A DNA stretch of 64,000 bases from positions 32,001 through 96,000 of the forward strand of contig JAUWOR010000005.1 in assembly GCA_030612025.1 (NCBI GenBank), read 5' to 3'. The notes below the pieces were generated by a model, which worked only from the letters and a program-made list of their open reading frames with translations, did not search any database and had not been told where the DNA came from. Of this stretch, positions 1 through 8,288 are shown piece after piece. The translations under genes and the position numbers were made by a program. Within the stretch, counting starts at the first letter, position 1. Every line of letters starts with the position of its first letter. This stretch comes from Dehalococcoidia bacterium. Its GTDB lineage: Bacteria; Chloroflexota; Dehalococcoidia; GIF9; AB-539-J10.

Positions 1-819
1 ATTACCCAGTAGTATGGCTCTGGCTTTTATCCCCCCATCTTCATTCTTATCAGTAATCTCTATAAGCCAATAACCGATGTTTTTGGTTGCTGACTCATCA
101 TAAATCTTGCTTGTCTCTCCAGGCTCAAGGCTGAAAGCAACCTCTCCAATAAGGGATTCGGGCATTAATTCTCGGGGCAGCCAGCCTAAATCACCCTCGA
201 TTTGGGGATTGCAGGAGAACTCATCAACCAAGGCAGTGAAATTCCCGCTGCTTTCGATTTTAGCCATTACCACATCGGCCATTTCTTGACTCTCCACAAG
301 CATCACTTGAACATGTGCCTGCTCCATTGTATCAGGTAACTCAGAGTCAAAATATTCTTGAAGTTTTTCCCCTAATAAGCCAACGGCTACTATATCACAA
401 TATATTCTATCCTTGGGCAATTCATTCTCCTCAATTTCCTTATCTATCTCCTTGTCTGTAACCTCGATTCCCAAGCTATTGGCTCCTTGCCTAATCAGCT
501 CATCTTGCACAATTTGATTGGTAATAATGTCGGGCATATAGTAAAGTCGAGACGGTTCCATACCCTTGGTATAGGCGTCGAACGTCTTTACATAACAATC
601 CATATTAAACGAGGTATCATTTACCTCAATTACAATCTCGTGAAAAGGCTTAATTTCACTATTATAGTATCCATAGCCCACATAACCCAAAATGCCAGCT
701 AGAAAAATAGCGACGGCGATTATTATAATATGGCGCATCCTCGCCTGGCGTTGCCATTTGGAGAGCTGACGTTTGGTAGGGACTTGCTTGGGTTTATTTT
801 CCTTTTGCTTCTTAGCCAA
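1..819 (-). CDS. Membrane-anchored peptidyl-prolyl isomerase/foldase (PrsA/SurA-like), runs off the window edge
   Basis: Manual translation from TTG at 819: MAKKQKENKPKQVPTKRQLSKWQRQARMRHIIIIAVAIFLAGILGYVGY (basic N-terminus, then a TM helix), later QAHVQVMLVES...GDLGWLPRELM...VAFSLEPGE (parvulin-like). Absent from the ORF track because no stop codon lies in the window. Confidence 0.8.
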   Translation of the reverse strand, partial: MAKKQKENKPKQVPTKRQLSKWQRQARMRHIIIIAVAIFLAGILGYVGYGYYNSEIKPFHEIVIEVNDTSFNMDCYVKTFDAYTKGMEPSRLYYMPDIITNQIVQDELIRQGANSLGIEVTDKEIDKEIEENELPKDRIYCDIVAVGLLGEKLQEYFDSELPDTMEQAHVQVMLVESQEMADVVMAKIESSGNFTALVDEFSCNPQIEGDLGWLPRELMPESLIGEVAFSLEPGETSKIYDESATKNIGYWLIEITDKNEDGGIKARAILLGN

Positions 820-835
820 GGCTATGAATCCTGTA

Positions 836-897
836 TGTCATTCCGAGCCCTATGGGCGAAGAATCTCTTGTATGGACTCCTCGCTTCGCTCAGAGTA
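836..897. repeat. Palindromic REP-like element (TGTCATTC..GAAGAATCTC family)
   Basis: tgtcattccgagccctatgggcgaagaatctc...cgcttcgctcagagt; same family as 19138, 27868 and 60674. Confidence 0.65.
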
Positions 898-966
898 AAA
901 TTTCTCAGTTAGTAATTGTTGCCCTAGTAGCTCTATTATGATAGCATATGAGGAAAGGTTAAGCGA

Positions 967-1040
967 CGGGGTGTAGCGCAGTCTGGTAGCGCACCTGAAT
1001 GGGGTTCAGGTGGTCGGAGGTTCAAATCCTCTCACCCCGA
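967..1040 (+). tRNA. tRNA-Pro(GGG)
   Basis: CGGGGTG..CACCCCG acceptor stem, anticodon arm cctga-at-GGG-gt-tcagg, GGTTCAAATCC T-arm. CCA is not encoded. Confidence 0.95.
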
Positions 1041-1260
1041 TATAGAAATTTTTCGACAGGATTTTCGAACAAAGATTTACTAACTCGATTCGCACGAGGT
1101 ATCGAGTCCAAGCTGGATAAGTTTTACCAAACTTATGAGGAGAAAAGGAGCCCCCAACAAGTTGATCCTCTTAGAAAGTTATTACCTCATACGGCTAAGG
1201 CTATTTATGATGCCACAACCTGAAGTTGGGTTACCTACTTAAATGATTTGCCACGGATGG

Positions 1261-1289
1261 TTGACAGCCTTTGGGAGAGGTAGTAGCCT
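1261..1289 (+). promoter_or_regulatory. Putative sigma70-type promoter of the etfB operon
   Basis: TTGACA-17 nt-TAGCCT. Confidence 0.45.
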
Positions 1290-1388
1290 ATGGCGAATAT
1301 GGTAGCTTATGGCTGTCACAGAGTTCCTGGGCTGGAATAGTCCGGAGCCCCGGGGAAGTGTTAGCTTTTTGACATGCTACTAAGTTTG

Positions 1389-1565
1389 AGGGTGTTTGAA
1401 AATGCAGTGCGGGGCTTTAGCCCTGTGTAGTAGCGAAGATTACTACACGGGGTAGCCTCGTGCACGACCCTAAAGGGTCGCACTACGAGAATCTTGGGGG
1501 TGAATGGGTATTAAAACTGGATGAGGCAAATCTAGTTTTGAATCTGAGGCAAAATTAAACAACCT
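1389..1565 (+). mobile_element. MITE-like element, divergent copy 1 (177 bp), with a different internal REP hairpin and a nested mini-insertion
   Basis: Ends agggtgtttgaa...ttaaacaacct, the internal ttgggggtgaa and the terminal caaaattaaac match the copies at 10420 and 43253. Confidence 0.65.
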
Positions 1566-1587
1566 AAAAATTTTATTTGGAGGTGAT

Positions 1588-2394
1588 ATGCTGAAAATCG
1601 TAGTGCCTATTAAACAAGTACCTGATATTGGGCGAGTGAAGTTTGATACTGAGAAAGGTAGGGTAGATAGAACCTCGGCGCCAGCGGAAATCAATCCCTT
1701 TGACTTAAATGCTTTAGAAGCGGCGGTTCAAATCAAGGATAAACTAGGTGGCACGATTACCACCATAAGTATGGGGCCTCCGCAAGCAGAATCAGCGCTG
1801 AAGGACGCCTTATCCCGAGGAGCGGATGAGGCTGTTTTGCTGGTGGATAGGGAATTTGCTGGTGCTGATACCTTGGCTACCTCATACACGCTTGCCAGCG
1901 CCATTAGAAAACTAGGCGGATTCGACTTGATTATATGCGGAGAGAAGACCGTTGATGGAGATACAGGTCAAGTTGGGCCTGAGATTGCTGAGCACCTAGG
2001 CATACCACATGTGGCTTATGTATCAAAGGTGGAAGAGGTTGGGGAAAAGATAACAGTTGTCTGTGATATGGAAGGTGACCGTTACTTAATAGAGTCGGGT
2101 TTTCCTATGCTAATCACAGTAAGTAAAGATATCAATACGCCACGACTACCAACCTTCAGTGATAAATTAAAAGCAAGAAAAGCAAAAGTTGAAATATGGA
2201 CTGCTGCTGACCTTTCTTCTATTGCTGACCAGGCAAGATTTGGGTCGCAGGGTTCAGCAACAGCAGTTCGCAAGGTCGTAGTGCCAAGCGAAGAGGCTAG
2301 AAAAGGAAAGATTTTCCGAGGTATTGTGGATGAAGAGGTAGGGGGAATTATAGATGCCCTGGAGGAAGGACGAATACTGGAGGGTATAAAATGA
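1588..2394 (+). CDS. etfB: Electron transfer flavoprotein beta subunit
   Basis: IKQVPD, INPFDLNALE, GADTLATS and DGDTGQVGP motifs; GGAGGTG RBS. Confidence 0.95.
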   Translation: MLKIVVPIKQVPDIGRVKFDTEKGRVDRTSAPAEINPFDLNALEAAVQIKDKLGGTITTISMGPPQAESALKDALSRGADEAVLLVDREFAGADTLATSYTLASAIRKLGGFDLIICGEKTVDGDTGQVGPEIAEHLGIPHVAYVSKVEEVGEKITVVCDMEGDRYLIESGFPMLITVSKDINTPRLPTFSDKLKARKAKVEIWTAADLSSIADQARFGSQGSATAVRKVVVPSEEARKGKIFRGIVDEEVGGIIDALEEGRILEGIK

Positions 2395-3374
2395 AGGAAT
2401 ATAAAGGCTTAATGGTTTTTGCTGAGCAAAGGGAGGGTAGAATTCACCCAATTTCATATGAATTGCTGGGTAAGGGGAAGGAGATAGCGGACAGGCTTGG
2501 TGTGGAACTTTCTAGCGTTTTATTAGGCCACCAAATGGAGGAAGAGGCCAAGGAGCTCATTTATTATGGGGCAGACAAGGTATTTTTGTATGACCATCCA
2601 GCTTTTAAGGATTTTGATTTATTAAATTACAAGCACAATATCGCGAGATTAGTAAGGGAAGTTAAACCTGAGATTTTCCTTTTTGGGGCGACCCGTCTGG
2701 GAAGGTCATTGGGGCCCAGAGTAGCTGTGGCATTAGACACGGGATTGACAGCAGATTGCACTGGCTTAGACTTGGATGAAGATGGTAATTTAATCCAGAT
2801 TCGTCCGGCGTTTACCGGCAATATCCTGGCCCATATAAAAACGGCGACAAGACCACAAATGTCAACCATTAGATACAAGGTGATGCAGAAGAAGGTTCGA
2901 GATGCGAATAGAAGGGGGGAAATAATAAAGAAAGATGCTGAGCTCGTGCCCTCGCTGCTAACAATTAAAAAGAAAGAGAAGTTGGGTGGAGTCAACATAG
3001 CGGAGGCCGATGTGATTGTTTCCGGTGGTAGGGGATTAAAGAAGGCAGAAGATTTCGGCATTTTAGCCGCTTTAGCAGAGCTTTTGGGGGGGGTAGTCGG
3101 GTCCAGCAGGCCGCTGGTGGATGATGGGTGGATAGGTAAAGAGCACCAAGTTGGCTTTAGTGGTAATACGGTTAAGCCGAAACTCTATGTTGCCTGTGGT
3201 ATCTCGGGGAGTCCTCAGCATTTGGCAGGCATGAGGGATTCGGATGTTATTATCGCCATAAACAGTGACCCGTCGGCACCGATATTTAAACTGGCCGATT
3301 ATGGAATTGTGGGAGACCTGTATGAAGTGGTGCCGAGGTTAACAAACGAAATTAAAGGGAGGCGTGCAGGATGA
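2391..3374 (+). CDS. etfA: Electron transfer flavoprotein alpha subunit (no N-terminal ferredoxin domain)
   Basis: GLTADCT, VSGGRG, QVGFSGNTVKPKLYVACGISGSPQH; ATGA-type overlap with etfB. Confidence 0.95.
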   Translation: MKEYKGLMVFAEQREGRIHPISYELLGKGKEIADRLGVELSSVLLGHQMEEEAKELIYYGADKVFLYDHPAFKDFDLLNYKHNIARLVREVKPEIFLFGATRLGRSLGPRVAVALDTGLTADCTGLDLDEDGNLIQIRPAFTGNILAHIKTATRPQMSTIRYKVMQKKVRDANRRGEIIKKDAELVPSLLTIKKKEKLGGVNIAEADVIVSGGRGLKKAEDFGILAALAELLGGVVGSSRPLVDDGWIGKEHQVGFSGNTVKPKLYVACGISGSPQHLAGMRDSDVIIAINSDPSAPIFKLADYGIVGDLYEVVPRLTNEIKGRRAG

Positions 3375-4738
3375 ATGTGGAAAAACTACAGGATATTGTA
3401 GGTCAGGACTGGGTTATAACCAAGCGAGAGCAAATGGAGAGCTATCTAGTAGATGAAACGGCTCTAGCGGTAAGACCTAAGCCGGCTGATAATGTTGTTG
3501 TGGTAAAGCCGGCCAATAGCAAGGAAATATCAGAGATTTTAAAACTGGCCAATAGAGAGAAAACCCCTGTTTTCATTAGAGGTGGAGGGACAGGATTATG
3601 TGGGGGTGCTATGCCTACTGTGGATGGCATAGTTCTTTCTATGGAAAGGCTGGACAAGGTTGAGGAAGTAGACAAAGATAACTTAATGATAGTTGTTGAG
3701 GGTGGTGTTACGCTGGAAACAATGTTAAAAGCAGTAGAAGATGCTGGTCTGTTTTTCCCACCACATCCTGGAGATGAGGGGGCCTATATTGGAGGTCTGG
3801 TTGCCTGCAATGCTGGTGGCGCCAGGGCGGTAAAATATGGTGTCATAAGAAACTATGTCAAAGGCATGGAGGTTGTGCTTCCTACTGGAGAGATAATGAA
3901 TGTGGGAGGAAAGCTAATCAAGAATAACCAAGGGCTTGATTTGCTCCATTTGCTAATACACAGCGAAGGAATTTTAGGGGTGATAACCAAGGTAATTTTC
4001 CGCTTATATCCTAGGGTCGCTAGTAGCGGTACCATGGTCATATCATATGATACTCGACACGACGCCATGGATAGCGTTCCCAAGATATTGCGCAGCGGTG
4101 TAATACCCTTAGCGGTAGAATATGTAGACCGCGATGTAATTGAAATGTCAGCCGAGTATCTCGGTATGAAGTGGCCAGCTACAAAGGGAAGCGCTCATGT
4201 GATCGTAATTGTGACCGGTGCGAATGAGGATGAGGTATATTTGCAAGCGGAGCGGGTATCTGATATCTGCCAGAAATCTAATGCCATCGATATTTTAATT
4301 GCGGAGAGGAGAGATGAGCAGGCTAATATTCTAAAGATGAGAAGTGAGATATATTCAGCCATAAAGGACAAATCGGCCGATATTTTGGATGTAACAGTAC
4401 CACCAGCCAGTGTGGGACTCATTATGGATAAGTGTGATGAAATCGCAAAGCGATATAATACCACTATTCCCTTTTATGGGCATATTGGAGATGGCAATTT
4501 CCATCCCCACCTGATGAATGACCTACGAGATAGGGGGATAGTGAGAGAAGTGAAGAGGGAGGTATATAAGGAGGCCATCAAGTTAGGTGGAGTTATAACC
4601 GGCGAGCATGGTGTCGGTGTAGTCAGGGTTCCGGAACTTGATCTGTGCCCAGACGGCAAGATGTGGGAGTTGATGAGAGGAATTAAAAGCGTCTTTGACC
4701 CCAACAATATATTGAATCCGGGGGTTGGCATATTATAA
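3371..4738 (+). CDS. FAD-linked 2-hydroxyacid dehydrogenase (LctD/GlcD family), probably ETF-coupled lactate dehydrogenase
   Basis: RGGGTGLCGGA, NAGGARAVKYG, GHIGDGNFH, GEHGVG, DPNNILNPG; lies between etfBA and larA. Confidence 0.9.
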   Translation: MNVEKLQDIVGQDWVITKREQMESYLVDETALAVRPKPADNVVVVKPANSKEISEILKLANREKTPVFIRGGGTGLCGGAMPTVDGIVLSMERLDKVEEVDKDNLMIVVEGGVTLETMLKAVEDAGLFFPPHPGDEGAYIGGLVACNAGGARAVKYGVIRNYVKGMEVVLPTGEIMNVGGKLIKNNQGLDLLHLLIHSEGILGVITKVIFRLYPRVASSGTMVISYDTRHDAMDSVPKILRSGVIPLAVEYVDRDVIEMSAEYLGMKWPATKGSAHVIVIVTGANEDEVYLQAERVSDICQKSNAIDILIAERRDEQANILKMRSEIYSAIKDKSADILDVTVPPASVGLIMDKCDEIAKRYNTTIPFYGHIGDGNFHPHLMNDLRDRGIVREVKREVYKEAIKLGGVITGEHGVGVVRVPELDLCPDGKMWELMRGIKSVFDPNNILNPGVGIL

Positions 4739-6018
4739 TGAGCACCGAAGAAATTGAGTTTCCCTATGGCGATTCTTCTATAAAAGCTAGAATACCCACT
4801 AAGAACATAACTTGTATTTTAAGCTCAAAGTATGTAAAAGGGCTTGAAAATGAGAGGGAGGCTATCACCAATAGCCTGAGGTCTCCGATAGGATGTTCAC
4901 CCCTTCGAGATTGTGTTACTAAAAATGATAAAGTTGTAGTTCTGGTTACGGATAATACCAGGCCATGTCCCGACGATAGGCTGCTTCCTCCAATATTGGC
5001 TGAGTTAGAAGAAAAAGTGCCTCGGGAGAACATAACCATAATAATTGCTCTCGGTTTGCACCCGCTTTTAAACAAAGATGAGCTAGTCAAATTGCTCGGC
5101 CGGGATATAGTTGAGAACTACAACGTGGTAAATCATGACGTTAACCAAACTGTATATATCGGCACGACATCCCGGGGTACTCCGGTTGACATAAATACCA
5201 AGGTGATGGAGGCGGATTTCCGAATCAGCACTGGGTATATTGAGCCTCACTTTTTCGCTGGTTTCTCTGGCGGTAGGAAAAGTATAGCCCCTGGTGTATT
5301 CAGCGTCAGGTCAGCTTATAAGAACCACAGTTATAAAATGATAGAGCATCCGCGTACTAGAGCTGGGATTCTCAAGGGAAATCAACTCCACGAAGACTTG
5401 ATGGAGCAGGCGAAAATGGCTAAACTAGATTTTATAGTTAACGTGCTTTTAAACTGGTCTATTCGCTACCGGGAGAGGCAAATTACGCATGTAGTAGCTG
5501 GGGATTTCGTAAAGGCTCATGAAAGGGGCTGTGAGCTAGAGAGGGCTATTGCCGAGGTAAAAGTTGACCATAAGGCAGACATAACCATTACCACAAACAC
5601 CGGAGCGCCACTGGACTTGGATTTGTATCAAAGTTGTAAGGGAATAGATACCGCCGCAGAGATAACCCGGGATGGAGGGATCGTAATAGTAGCTGCGTCT
5701 TGCTTCGCCGGAGTTGGGCCGGAAGCATTTAGGGAAGTGCATGCCTCTTGTAGCCGTCCTATAGAGGTTCTGCAGAAAGTAAGGCGCGAAGAGCCGCTAG
5801 GCGTTCAATGGGAAAATCAAGTATTAGCCCGCACCCAATTGAAGAATGATGTTTACCTGGTGTCAAATCTGGAAGATAGCGTGGTTAAAGATATGATGAT
5901 AACACCCATCCGCACGATAGAGGAAGGTTTAGAGAAAGCATTTAAAGTTCTGGGAAGCGATGTTGAGATTGCTGTGATTCCAGAAGGTCCATTAGTGATT
6001 CCTTTGCTGCAAGATTGA
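4738..6018 (+). CDS. larA: Nickel-pincer-dependent lactate racemase family protein
   Basis: DNTRP, ALGLH, EPHFFAGFSGGRKS, NHS, LDLDLYQSCKG. Confidence 0.9.
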   Translation: MSTEEIEFPYGDSSIKARIPTKNITCILSSKYVKGLENEREAITNSLRSPIGCSPLRDCVTKNDKVVVLVTDNTRPCPDDRLLPPILAELEEKVPRENITIIIALGLHPLLNKDELVKLLGRDIVENYNVVNHDVNQTVYIGTTSRGTPVDINTKVMEADFRISTGYIEPHFFAGFSGGRKSIAPGVFSVRSAYKNHSYKMIEHPRTRAGILKGNQLHEDLMEQAKMAKLDFIVNVLLNWSIRYRERQITHVVAGDFVKAHERGCELERAIAEVKVDHKADITITTNTGAPLDLDLYQSCKGIDTAAEITRDGGIVIVAASCFAGVGPEAFREVHASCSRPIEVLQKVRREEPLGVQWENQVLARTQLKNDVYLVSNLEDSVVKDMMITPIRTIEEGLEKAFKVLGSDVEIAVIPEGPLVIPLLQD

Positions 6019-6034
6019 AGTAAGCGCCGTTGCC

Positions 6035-6156
6035 TTGACATCGGGAACATAATCTGGTATAACATTTACGCTTTTTAGCTAAGCTAAAAAACTAACCTTT
6101 AAGTGCAACCGAAGAGCCCTTGCCCTCTTGACAGGGGAGCGGGGCAAGAATAACAT
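6035..6156 (+). promoter_or_regulatory. Tandem sigma70-type promoters with an intervening palindromic operator upstream of the TRAP operon
   Basis: TTGACA(6035)-17-TATAAC; TTGACA(6128)-17-TAACAT; palindrome TTTTTAGCT-A-AGCTAAAAA at 6072-6090. Confidence 0.6.
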
Positions 6157-6281
6157 ATTATTTATCGCTTAAGAAGGAAGCCTTTTCCAGAAATGATAAG
6201 GCTAAAAAGGAGGTGGTTATATAAGGGTATAATGCTAGCATTAGGGGTGTTATCTGGAAAAATCTTATATGGGAGGGAAAA

Positions 6282-7439
6282 GTGAAAAAGAAAATATTGT
6301 TAGTTCCTTTGGCGTTTTTGTTAGCCATTAGCTTGGTTGCTGTAGCTTGTGCACCCGCGCCAACCCCGACCCCAACACCAACACCGACACCGGCACCGGA
6401 AAAAGAAGTTTACACGCTTAGGGTGCAGGAAGCCTATCCTGCCGGGATTGCGGGGTTCCGCATCTTCGAGAGGTGGGCAGCTGATATGAAGACGATAAGT
6501 GACGGGCAAATTGACATCAAGCCCTTTCCCGAAGGGGGGGTAGTAGCTACCTTTGATGCCTTTGATGCCGTCTCAACCGGTGTTCTTGACGGATTCATTA
6601 GTTGGCCCCAGTACTGGCCAGGTAAGCATGCTTTAGCTGTCTACATCTCTTCTTTCCCCTACGGTCTTGATATGGCGTATATGTGGGAAGTCTGGTTCTA
6701 CGAATGTGGTGGTATTGAGCTGGCTCAAGATGATTATGCGCGGTTCGGTATTCATTATGTTGCTCCGATACAGACTGGTCCAAATTATGCCCACTGCGTA
6801 TACGAGCTTGAGAAAATGGAAGACTGGGACGGGCTAAAGTGTCGATACCCCGGTGGTATGATTGCTGAAATTTATGCCAAAATGGGAGCTTCGGTAATCA
6901 TTCTGCCTGGCGGTGAGATTTACACTGCCATGGCCACGGGTGTTATCGAGCTGGGCGAGTATATCGGGCATGCCATGAACAAGGAGCTTGGTCTGAATGA
7001 GGTTGGCAAGTATATTATCGGCCCGGGAAAAATGCACCAGCCGGTAGACATACAAGCCTTTGTACTAAATAAGGATGTCTGGGATGGGATACCGGCACAC
7101 CTCCAGCGTTTACTTGAGGTTGGATCTAGGGAGCTGTCCTGGAGCTTGCATACCAATATCATCGGTTACGATCTCGTTGCCCTTGAGTGGATGGTGGAGG
7201 AATATGGCAATGTCTATGTAGAGATATCAGAGGAGGAGCGAGCCAGGATGAGGATGGTAGCTATCGAGCTGTGGCAGAAGTGGGCCACTGAGCCTAATGC
7301 CGTGGAGGCAATAGAATCACAAATCTTGCTTATGCGGGAGTTTGGGCTTCTGGAGTTCCCTGGAATTAGCGAGGAAGTAGAAAAATACTTCCCCGGCCTA
7401 CTTGCCGAACCGATAGCCGGTCACGTTGTGGAACGATAA
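6282..7439 (+). CDS. dctP: TRAP transporter solute-binding lipoprotein (DctP/TakP monocarboxylate type)
   Basis: Lipobox LVAVAC followed by a (PT)n linker; SDGQIDIKPFPEGGVV..FDAVSTGVLD, GLKCRYPGG, LPGGEIYTAM. Confidence 0.9.
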   Translation: MKKKILLVPLAFLLAISLVAVACAPAPTPTPTPTPTPAPEKEVYTLRVQEAYPAGIAGFRIFERWAADMKTISDGQIDIKPFPEGGVVATFDAFDAVSTGVLDGFISWPQYWPGKHALAVYISSFPYGLDMAYMWEVWFYECGGIELAQDDYARFGIHYVAPIQTGPNYAHCVYELEKMEDWDGLKCRYPGGMIAEIYAKMGASVIILPGGEIYTAMATGVIELGEYIGHAMNKELGLNEVGKYIIGPGKMHQPVDIQAFVLNKDVWDGIPAHLQRLLEVGSRELSWSLHTNIIGYDLVALEWMVEEYGNVYVEISEEERARMRMVAIELWQKWATEPNAVEAIESQILLMREFGLLEFPGISEEVEKYFPGLLAEPIAGHVVER

Positions 7440-7478
7440 TGGTGTAAGCCTCTCGTCCTGACGGCGAGGGATAGACGG

Positions 7479-7526
7479 CTGAGAAGGTGGGGGAGAGGAA
7501 GGGTAGCCAATCCCCCACCTTCTCAG
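7479..7526 (+). terminator. Strong stem-loop after dctP (terminator or mRNA-stabilising hairpin)
   Basis: ctgagaaggtggggga...tcccccaccttctcag is a perfect 16-bp stem with no U-tract. Confidence 0.65.
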
Positions 7527-7550
7527 AAGCGTGCCACGAAGAAACACAAG

Positions 7551-7709
7551 ATGGGGACAAAGATGAAATTCGACGCAATGCAGCCACTCACTATGTGGAG
7601 GCAAATGCCTACCCCGCAAAAAATCGCCTTGGTGATAGCAGTCATACTAACCGTTAGTTACCCGGCAGCAATATGGATACATTTTGCTTTCATTCGGGTA
7701 ACTTTTTAG
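7551..7709 (+). CDS. Putative small single-TM membrane protein inside the TRAP operon
   Basis: Manual translation MGTKMKFDAMQPLTMWRQMPTPQKIALVIAVILTVSYPAAIWIHFAFIRVTF; start codon uncertain. Confidence 0.5.
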   Translation: MGTKMKFDAMQPLTMWRQMPTPQKIALVIAVILTVSYPAAIWIHFAFIRVTF

Positions 7710-7754
7710 AAGCCGCTTTCGGGGCTATATTGCTAAATAAGGGGTATAGTTAGC

Positions 7755-8288
7755 ATGAAGAAGATGAAGTCTTTATTGTCTTTTATTGATGCCACCAGTG
7801 AGTATACCGGGAAGTTTTTCGGTGTCATGTTGATACTGGCACTAGTGGGGATGATAGTTGTTGAGGTAGTAAGGAGGTACGTCTTTGACGACCCGATAAT
7901 GGGCATTCAGGATGTACAGTGTGCCTATTTTGGTGCTTATTACATGATGGCGTCGGCCTATTGCTATTTAGTGGGAGGGCATGTCAGGGTAGATGTGGTT
8001 CATGCGCGCTTTTCACCGCGGGGAAGAGCCATTTTAGACCTGATTACCTTTCCCCTTGGCCTTCTCTTTATCTGCGTACTAATCTGGAGCGGCTGGAAAT
8101 TCGCCATGGACGCCACCTGGATGAAAGGTGTCGGCTGGGTCTTGGAAGTGGACCAATCCCATCTGCGCCTGCCCATGTACCTGGTAAAGTGGACCATACC
8201 CATAGGCACCTTCCTGTTACTTCTTCAGGCATTGGCTAAATTCTTTCGCGACCTCTATTTTGTTGTCACCAGGAAGGAGCTAGTATGA
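7755..8288 (+). CDS. dctQ: TRAP transporter small permease
   Basis: Four TM segments, EVVRRYVF, HVRVDV. Confidence 0.92.
   Translation: MKKMKSLLSFIDATSEYTGKFFGVMLILALVGMIVVEVVRRYVFDDPIMGIQDVQCAYFGAYYMMASAYCYLVGGHVRVDVVHARFSPRGRAILDLITFPLGLLFICVLIWSGWKFAMDATWMKGVGWVLEVDQSHLRLPMYLVKWTIPIGTFLLLLQALAKFFRDLYFVVTRKELV

Noticed and set aside
999-1223. 74-aa ORF starting inside tRNA-Pro; possible integrase remnant or att site for the catabolic cluster
   Set aside because: It overlaps the tRNA and has no integrase motifs, and I found no duplicated tRNA 3' end near 15.5 kb or elsewhere by eye.
6355-6398. Tandem ACACCR-like repeat as a contingency locus
   Set aside because: It is a degenerate codon repeat encoding an ordinary Pro-Thr lipoprotein linker.
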